64,000 nt of DNA from an uncultured Desulfobacteraceae bacterium (GTDB lineage Bacteria; Desulfobacterota; DSM-4660; Desulfatiglandales; HGW-15). Positions 57,346 to 64,000 of this stretch are shown here, in pieces (the stretch's first letter is position 1; the number at the start of each line of letters is the position of its first letter). The translations under genes and the position numbers were made by a program. The stretch covers positions 24,125-88,124 of the forward strand of contig CAYQNR010000003.1 of assembly GCA_964418945.1 (NCBI GenBank). Reading direction: 5' to 3'. The notes under the pieces were generated by a model that saw nothing but the letters and a program-made list of their open reading frames with translations, was not told the DNA's origin and made no database searches.

Positions 57346-58119
57346 CTATTTCACGATTCTCAAGGCATGAGTCTCTTTTAACCTTTTCCATAACTCTCCT
57401 ATTATAAGGGCGAAGATCTCATCTTCATGAACCTCATATCTCTTCAGTGTGTATCGACAGGATTGCATTAATGCCTCGTTTCCCGATAATAAACCGAATT
57501 CTGCTTCAATGCGTTTACCCAAGGTCGATTGCAGCGACTCCAGTTCATGTTTGTCCATCCTGGCAATAACAGTCTTTTCCGTCATAGGCACTCTATCCAG
57601 GAGAACATGCACCGCCTCCTGAATATCATGCGGAAATCTCCCTGCGATAGCTTCGGGGGGAGGATAAAACAAGGACCTCAGCACGTCTTTTACGTCCTCA
57701 TAGATCCCGGCGTCCTCACTCGCCCGTGAGCCGGCCACATTTAGCACCTCGATTTGTCTGGCGTCAATCCATCCTTTTATTATCTCCACAGCCTCATACT
57801 TGCTCAATTCATCAAGATTTATATGAAGACAGGATTTGTTATGTTTTTTAGCCAGCATCAGTGTCCGTGCGGACCCACCTTTCAAACTCCCGTGGGAAAA
57901 AATCACCGTGCCGTCGGAGTCTACCACATTCAATTCTGTTCTTTGATTGTAATCAATGGAATTAATCTCTTTCAGGCGGTATTTTTCAGGCAGTCTTCCG
58001 GCCTCGGTCTTCCGGCCTTTGGCTATCCAACCCCCGTGCCGGATGCCCATCTCCATGGCCACATCAAGGGCGGCCTGATCGGCTCCGGTCTGACCTCCTG
58101 ACACTACCTTTTTGATCAT
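57346..58119 (-). CDS. putative molybdenum carrier (SLOG fold) with C-terminal extra domain
   Basis: KVVSGGQTGADQAALD, GGW, RTELNV.DSDGT, LNVAGSRAS. Confidence 0.85.
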   Translation of the reverse strand: MIKKVVSGGQTGADQAALDVAMEMGIRHGGWIAKGRKTEAGRLPEKYRLKEINSIDYNQRTELNVVDSDGTVIFSHGSLKGGSARTLMLAKKHNKSCLHINLDELSKYEAVEIIKGWIDARQIEVLNVAGSRASEDAGIYEDVKDVLRSLFYPPPEAIAGRFPHDIQEAVHVLLDRVPMTEKTVIARMDKHELESLQSTLGKRIEAEFGLLSGNEALMQSCRYTLKRYEVHEDEIFALIIGELWKRLKETHALRIVK

Positions 58120-58322
58120 CCCTCTCTGCTCCTCTGATCCTCGACCGCTGGAATCTTCCTGGTCTACCATTAATCTTCCAGCTTATTTTAAACCCTTCTG
58201 TTCCCGGATTCGATATTCTTTTTAATGTTTTACACTCGACCCCTTGCATCCTAAAACATAACCACACAAAAAGCACCAAGACCTACACCTTGATAACCAA
58301 TATAATAAAATCTTGAACCGCA

Positions 58323-58656
58323 GGTCCCGGCTGGTCTTGACAAGAGCAGCCGGGACCGTAGCACATTTATTCCGTTATCCGGCCATGATACTTTTTTCAA
58401 GGTGATATCTATAGCATCCTCAGCAAGCGGTCAGATTTCAGGGGTTTAAAATACATCATCTTTATCATAACGGGAAATTCTTCGTGTTATTACGGGGCGT
58501 TAAACCCCTGAAATCAGACCGCGGCTATGCTTGGTTGCACTCTTTTTTTGAGATATCACCTCTCAAAAAGCACCATGACCTTCATATAGGTAAAGCAACC
58601 ACATTCCTCTTTAGCAACGAAGATCCCGGCTGGTCTTGAAAAGAGCAGGCGAGACC
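58323..58656. repeat. non-coding element: two direct 35-bp hairpins flanking a 200-bp palindromic cassette
   Basis: 58323-58357 vs 58622-58656, 31/35; cassette 58381-58580 with arms 58427-58449/58500-58522 (22/23) and 58400-58410/58551-58561 (11/11). Confidence 0.8.
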
Positions 58657-58693
58657 AGCAGCCCCGATATTCTTTTTAAACCATTCCATCTTA

Positions 58694-59806
58694 TCACATG
58701 AAGAAATATAGAGGCAACCTATCCGCCACAACGTATCCCTCCCTTGTGGGTATCACCCTGTCGTTAAAGATCTTAACATGCCCTGATTCAATCAGCACCT
58801 TTATCTTCCCACTCAATCCCGGATCATGTCCCAACTCTCTCATATCAACACCGCGTCGGGTCCTCAAGCCGAGAGATATTATCTCCATCCTTTTCTGCTC
58901 ATCACTCAGTTCCTCATCACCCTCAACAGGCATGTTACCCTGTTCGAGTGCCTCGCAATATCTACGGATTGACCTGTAATTCCACCATCTCTTGTCTCCA
59001 TTAAACGAGTGTGCCGAAGGACCTAGACCCAGATAGGGCACGCGTCTCCAATACTTGCAATTATGCCGGGAAAAGCGGGAGCTTTTCCTTGCAAAGTTGG
59101 AGATTTCATAATGTATGTAGCCCTTATCTTCCAGAAACCCTGATGTGGCAACAAAAAAGGATCTTTCCTCTTCTTCTGTCAAGGGCTCGAGAATCCCTTT
59201 CTCCTTCATGCGCCAGAACACTGTGCCTCCTTCAATGGTCAACTGATAGCAGGATAGATGTTCCGGGGCAAAGGACACGGCCTTCTTCAGGGTTTCCATC
59301 CATCCTTTGATGGTTTGACCGTACAGCCCGTATATCAGATCCATTCCCATGTTATCAAAGCCGGCCAAGCGCAGCCCCTCCAGGGCATCTTCAGCCTCTC
59401 TCCCATTGTGCCTTCTCCCTAAAAACGCAAGCTCCTCGTCATTAAAGGACTGGACCCCCAGGTTGATCCTGTTGAATCCCAGCAGCCTTAAACCCGAGAT
59501 TTTTTCATGGGTCATATCACAGGGGTTGGCCTCTATGGTCCTCTCCATATCCACGGAAAAGTCAAAATTTTCATACAGGCAGTTTAGTGTCCCCTCAAGA
59601 TCTTTCACCTCCAGCAGGGTGGGTGTGCCCCCGCCGAGGTAGAGGCTGTCAAAAGGCCCAAACCGCCCCTTATAAAAGGCAATCTCTTTTTTTAGGGCTG
59701 CCAGATATCTTGAGACATGGGAAGAAGACGCTATGGAATAGAAGCCGCAGTATGGGCACTTGGACCGGCAAAAAGGGATATGGATATAAAGGCCTGGATT
59801 TGACAT
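58694..59806 (-). CDS. hemW: radical SAM heme chaperone HemW (HemN-like)
   Basis: LYIHIPFC..KC.YC.F, GGGTP, EANP, GVQSF, HLSCYQL, YEISNF. Confidence 0.9.
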   Translation of the reverse strand: MSNPGLYIHIPFCRSKCPYCGFYSIASSSHVSRYLAALKKEIAFYKGRFGPFDSLYLGGGTPTLLEVKDLEGTLNCLYENFDFSVDMERTIEANPCDMTHEKISGLRLLGFNRINLGVQSFNDEELAFLGRRHNGREAEDALEGLRLAGFDNMGMDLIYGLYGQTIKGWMETLKKAVSFAPEHLSCYQLTIEGGTVFWRMKEKGILEPLTEEEERSFFVATSGFLEDKGYIHYEISNFARKSSRFSRHNCKYWRRVPYLGLGPSAHSFNGDKRWWNYRSIRRYCEALEQGNMPVEGDEELSDEQKRMEIISLGLRTRRGVDMRELGHDPGLSGKIKVLIESGHVKIFNDRVIPTREGYVVADRLPLYFFM

Positions 59807-59819
59807 ATGTTTATTTTGC

Positions 59820-61616
59820 CTACTTATCCTCCGACTTGAACACCGCAACAAAGGCGCTCTGGGGTATTGCTACCGATCCAACCATCTTCATCCTCTTTTT
59901 ACCCCTTTTCTGCTTTTCAAGGAGCTTTCGTTTCCTGGTAATATCTCCACCATAACATTTTGCAGTGACATCCTTTCTAAAGGGGGAAATAGTGGTGCGG
60001 GCAATAATGTTTCCGCCTATAGCACCCTGGATAGCTATCTTGAACATGTGCCTGGGAATCTCTTCCTTCAGCCTTTCACAGATATGCAGGGCCCTTGCCC
60101 TTGCTCTGTCCCTGCATACTATCTGTGAAAGGGAATCCACCCTCTCCCCGTTAACAAAAATATCCACTTTTACCAGGTCGGTTTCCCTGTAATCCAACAT
60201 ATCGTAATCAAAAGAACCGTAGCCCTGGGTTACCGTCTTTAGGCGGTCGTAGAAATCATAGAGCACCTCTGCCAGGGGAAGATCAAACCTTGCCTCCACC
60301 CGGCCGGGGGTGGGATAGCTGAATCTGGTGTTTTCCCCCCTCCTCTCCAGGCAAAGTTCCATTACAGCTCCCATATATTTCTCCGGAATCAGTATGCTTG
60401 TCCTGATATAGGGCTCCAGGGACTTTTCAATGGCAGCAGGGTCGGGGTAGTAAAGTGGATTATCGACCTTTATCTCTTCCCCGCTGTTGAGTCTGAAGTG
60501 ATACTCCACTGATGGAACGGTCATTATGATGGACTGGCCGAACTCCCTTTCAAGACGTGCTTGAACAATCTCCAGGTGGAGGAGCCCCAAAAACCCGCAG
60601 CGGAAACCAAGCCCCAGGGCGGCGGAAGAGTCCTTTTGATAAACAAGGGCGGCATCATTAAGCTTGTATTTTTCAAGGGAATCCGCGAGTGTGCTGTAGT
60701 CTTCCGAAGATATAGGATATATCGATGAAAAAACCACGGGCTTGGCTTCCCTGAATCCCGACAGAGGCTCAGGAGCCGGGGAATTATCCAGTGTTACTGT
60801 ATCACCTATCCTGACATCGCTCACCGCCTTGATACCGGCGATAATATAGCCCACCTGGCCGGCTACAATGCCTTTGGTCGGCACACGCTTCAAGTGAAAG
60901 ATGCCTGTTTCTTCCACCTTATATCCGGATTTGTTGGACATAAAACGAATCATGTCGCCCTGCCTGAGTGTGCCGGAAAAAAGCCTGCAACTAACAATAG
61001 TCCCTCTAAAAGAATCATAATGGGCATCAAATACCAATGCCTTTAAAGGATCCTCGATTCTACCTGCTGGCGGAGGGATCTTTTCCACTATGGCTTCCAT
61101 AACATCTTCTATCCCTCTCCCTTCTTTGGCGGAGCAGAGTATAGTCTGATCGGAATCCAGACCTAGGTCCACCTCGATCTGCTCCTTAACCATTTCTATA
61201 TCCGCGGACGGCAAATCGATCTTGTTGATAACCGGAATAATCTCCAGATCATATTCCATTGCTGCGTAAAGATTTGCCACTGTCTGGGCCTCCACCCCCT
61301 GGGAGGCGTCTATCACCAGCAATACCCCTTCGCAGGACGCCAGGGCGCGGGATACCTCATAGGAAAAATCCACATGACCCGGCGTATCGATTAGATTTAA
61401 CTCGAAATCTTCTCCTTTGCTGTTCTTGTACGCGAGGGTGATAGATCTGCTTTTTATGGTAATCCCCCTCTCTCTCTCGATATCCATGTCATCCAGGATC
61501 TGGTCGCGAAACTCACGCTCATCCACAAGACCGGACATCTGAATAAGGCGATCCGCAAGCGTGGATTTCCCATGGTTAATATGGGCAATAATGCTGAAGT
61601 TCCTTATGTTCGGCAT
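59820..61616 (-). CDS. lepA: translation elongation factor 4
   Basis: IRNFSIIAH, ERERGITIK, DTPGHVDF, NKID, GFRCGFLGLLH, KDVTAKCYGGDITRK. Confidence 0.97.
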   Translation of the reverse strand: MPNIRNFSIIAHINHGKSTLADRLIQMSGLVDEREFRDQILDDMDIERERGITIKSRSITLAYKNSKGEDFELNLIDTPGHVDFSYEVSRALASCEGVLLVIDASQGVEAQTVANLYAAMEYDLEIIPVINKIDLPSADIEMVKEQIEVDLGLDSDQTILCSAKEGRGIEDVMEAIVEKIPPPAGRIEDPLKALVFDAHYDSFRGTIVSCRLFSGTLRQGDMIRFMSNKSGYKVEETGIFHLKRVPTKGIVAGQVGYIIAGIKAVSDVRIGDTVTLDNSPAPEPLSGFREAKPVVFSSIYPISSEDYSTLADSLEKYKLNDAALVYQKDSSAALGLGFRCGFLGLLHLEIVQARLEREFGQSIIMTVPSVEYHFRLNSGEEIKVDNPLYYPDPAAIEKSLEPYIRTSILIPEKYMGAVMELCLERRGENTRFSYPTPGRVEARFDLPLAEVLYDFYDRLKTVTQGYGSFDYDMLDYRETDLVKVDIFVNGERVDSLSQIVCRDRARARALHICERLKEEIPRHMFKIAIQGAIGGNIIARTTISPFRKDVTAKCYGGDITRKRKLLEKQKRGKKRMKMVGSVAIPQSAFVAVFKSEDK

Positions 61617-61698
61617 ACAATCCTAAACGACGTTTAAAATTTTAAGAAAGGAGTATAGGGAAAACAGTCTCGGTCGTCGAGGGAAAAAGAAACACAGA

Positions 61699-62085
61699 TC
61701 ATAAAAAGAAGTGCTCGTAAAAGATTATGCCCCAGACAATTACTGCTATACAGATACTCAGGAGCACAGCCGCTGATCCCAGGTCTTTGGCCCTGCCCGA
61801 CAACAGATTGCGCTCAGGCCCCATTCGATCAACAATGGATTCAATTGCTGAATTTATTAGTTCCACAAGCGGTATAATAAGGTAGACGCCTATTAGTAAA
61901 GCCCTCTGTGTTCCCGTGGTACCGACCCATAATCCTGCTGGAATCAGCAGTATCGCCAGAATGATCTCCTGGCGAAATCCCTCTTCGTTAACCCAGGCCG
62001 CTTTAAACCCGGCCAGGGAATACCAGAATGCCTTAATTAGACGACTAATTCCTCTGTTTTGGTGTTTTGTCATAATCAAATCCAT
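61699..62085 (-). CDS. dgkA: diacylglycerol kinase
   Basis: E..FRQE, ELINSAIE..VDR, SGRAKDLGSAAV. Confidence 0.93.
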   Translation of the reverse strand: MDLIMTKHQNRGISRLIKAFWYSLAGFKAAWVNEEGFRQEIILAILLIPAGLWVGTTGTQRALLIGVYLIIPLVELINSAIESIVDRMGPERNLLSGRAKDLGSAAVLLSICIAVIVWGIIFYEHFFL

Positions 62086-62108
62086 TCTTTAACACTCATC
62101 CTGTTTTG

Positions 62109-63278
62109 TCAATCTTCGCACCGGGAAAAATCTATTACCGTAACCTCGGGAAAGGCAAGGAACCTTATGGGAGGCCCCCATGTCCCCGTGCCTCTGCTTA
62201 CATACAGATATGAACCATCACCCAAATCAAAGAACCCATTCATATATGGATAAAACAGAGAAACGATGAGAGTGAAGGGGAATATCTGCCCCTTGTGGGT
62301 ATGACCGGAGAGCTGTATATCGAATTTCCCGATGCTTTTCTTCTCTATTCGAGGTTGGTGTTTCAGAAATATACTAATCCGGTCAGATGAAAGTGTCTCC
62401 AGCACACTCTCTTCAGGAACAGGGATTTCATTCCCGAATCTGCCCCCCGTCGGCTCGTCTATTGCCGCTATATTCAAAAAATCGCTCACCTCAACACTCT
62501 CATTCCTTAGCAACCTAAATCCGGCCTTTTCGGTGAATTCGCTGCTAGCTTCAATCCCTGCAATAAATTCATGGTTGCCTGTTGTGGCAAATTTTCCGTA
62601 CGGGGCGTCAATATCCCTCAAAAGTGCGGCGATCTCCTCGACATCCCTAGCTCCCCTGTCTATTAGATCTCCACTAGAAACCACAAGGTCCGGTTCAAGT
62701 GCTTTAACTATCTTATAAATCTTCCGCGCCAGCCTAATGCCGCTTGTTGAGCTGAAATGGGTGTCGGACAACTGAACCACCCTGAAGTCTCTCATCTCAG
62801 GAGGAAGCTTAGAACTATTAAGACTGATCCTTTCAATCCCTATATTCCCGGCCTCAAACCATCCATATATATTGATCCCCGCTATTATCAAAAGGACTAT
62901 TATGAAGGTAGTCCTTTCTTCCGGAATATATCTCAAGAATACCGGAGAAAAGAACCGGGACGAGATATGGACAACCATCCGATAGATATCAATGAAGATA
63001 TGTACGGAGAAAAAAAGGAACAGGACGGACATCCAAAGATAACCGACAAAGGCGAGGATATTGAGCGGAAGAGAGTAATCGGCACCCATGTATATATTCG
63101 TGAGAACCGGAGAAAGAAGCAGCAACAGGAGGACCAGTATAAACAACAGGTGCCAGGGCGGACCTATTGCAAATGTGCTTAGGGTTTTTATATAAACATA
63201 GAAATGGAGGAAAGCGTAAATGGAGAAGAATATTGTAAAGAATATAATAACTGAGGCTAGTTTATGCAATGGGGTCAA
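62109..63278 (-). CDS. membrane-anchored metallophosphoesterase (YkuE-like)
   Basis: N-terminal TMs, SDTH, GDLID, GNHE, HQP, GHTH.GQ, VSRGTG. Confidence 0.9.
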   Translation of the reverse strand: MTPLHKLASVIIFFTIFFSIYAFLHFYVYIKTLSTFAIGPPWHLLFILVLLLLLLSPVLTNIYMGADYSLPLNILAFVGYLWMSVLFLFFSVHIFIDIYRMVVHISSRFFSPVFLRYIPEERTTFIIVLLIIAGINIYGWFEAGNIGIERISLNSSKLPPEMRDFRVVQLSDTHFSSTSGIRLARKIYKIVKALEPDLVVSSGDLIDRGARDVEEIAALLRDIDAPYGKFATTGNHEFIAGIEASSEFTEKAGFRLLRNESVEVSDFLNIAAIDEPTGGRFGNEIPVPEESVLETLSSDRISIFLKHQPRIEKKSIGKFDIQLSGHTHKGQIFPFTLIVSLFYPYMNGFFDLGDGSYLYVSRGTGTWGPPIRFLAFPEVTVIDFSRCED

Positions 63279-64000
63279 ACCTTGATTTGTGATTTAAGCA
63301 TATGATATTGACCTCTGAGCCTAGGTTCAATAGAAACCCTATCATTAATTATTTTGACACGTTGACTAACTGCCGAATAAGTCAGCCCAAAGTAGGCTCC
63401 AATTTCTCTATTCGAAAGCCGTCCTGTTTTCCAAAGTAAATAGATTATTAAATCGCGCTTGTCTTTCTCACCGCTTCCAATCTTTTTAGTATTGCGGGCA
63501 GATTTAAGATCCAAACCCAAAATCTTCGAAGCTTCTTCTAATAGCGACTCAGAATCAAATTCTCTAAACAGGCTGTTGTATTGAGGTAACTCTAACTCTC
63601 TTTTTCCCTCCAAAAACCGGGCTTTCAAATCTGTAACAAAATCTTGACTACCATAAATGAACCCATGCTTTAAATCCTCCCAAAAACTCTCTTCTTCATT
63701 TGAATAATACCCGACCACTCTTCTATAGGCCTTATCCCGTTCAGCACCGGTTACTTGGTCCAGAATGGTTTTGGTTTTTAGCCAAATAGGAGGTTTTCTC
63801 TTGTAGGCATAAAACTGATAGCTGCTCAATTGATACTCGGCAAGTCGCTCTATGATTCTAGCCCGTAGTGGATTGCGATGAATATAACAGGATAACCGTA
63901 AAAGATAGCGATCATTTTCTACAATGATACTTTTAAACCGCCCCTGGAAAAGATGGCCTCTGGTGTGATTATTCAGATTAAACTTACATGTAAAGCTCGT
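63275..64000 (-). mobile_element. RAYT-type HUH (Y1) transposase, 5'-truncated by the window edge, with C-terminal DnaA-C-like HTH
   Basis: Minus strand from 64000: FN..H.RGHLFQGRFKSIIVE.D.YLL.L..YIHRNP.RA.I......Y..SSY, then RDL.IYL...TGRLSN.EIG..FG..YSAVS. Confidence 0.88.

Overview
This looks like a chromosomal window from an anaerobe, most likely Desulfobacterota, judging from gene content. In order it carries: (1) 72-7649, a catabolic cluster of BKACE, cyclase, SDR, 3-hydroxyacyl-CoA dehydrogenase and a two-subunit Mo-bisPGD enzyme of the pyrogallol-transhydroxylase type, resembling a trihydroxybenzene/phloroglucinol pathway; (2) housekeeping genes coaE, tRNA-His, selA-gmhA-orf-ispF-cysS-uvrB; (3) 16-31 kb, a metal-cofactor maturation region (moaA, cooT, cooC, ASKHA activator, Orange-protein-type ATPases, NifB/NifX proteins, DUF134, DUF5320) with a deletion scar of a PAS regulator; (4) 32-43.5 kb, a complete Mrp-Mbx/MBS-like membrane complex whose NuoD-like subunit lacks both catalytic cysteines and whose NuoI-like subunit is fused to a GltD-like flavoprotein; (5) a CoA-disulfide-reductase-like gene, ModABC, DUF364 and MBL paralogues, NifU and MrpORP; (6) hemW, lepA, dgkA, a phosphoesterase and the 3' part of a RAYT-type HUH transposase. 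The most unusual non-coding feature is a family of about 200-bp palindromic cassettes with conserved ends but unrelated interiors, bracketed by repeated 23-bp or 35-bp hairpin motifs (26.8-27.1 kb, 30.8-31.7 kb, 58.3-58.7 kb). All assignments come from motif recognition by eye and remembered family sequences; no database search was run.
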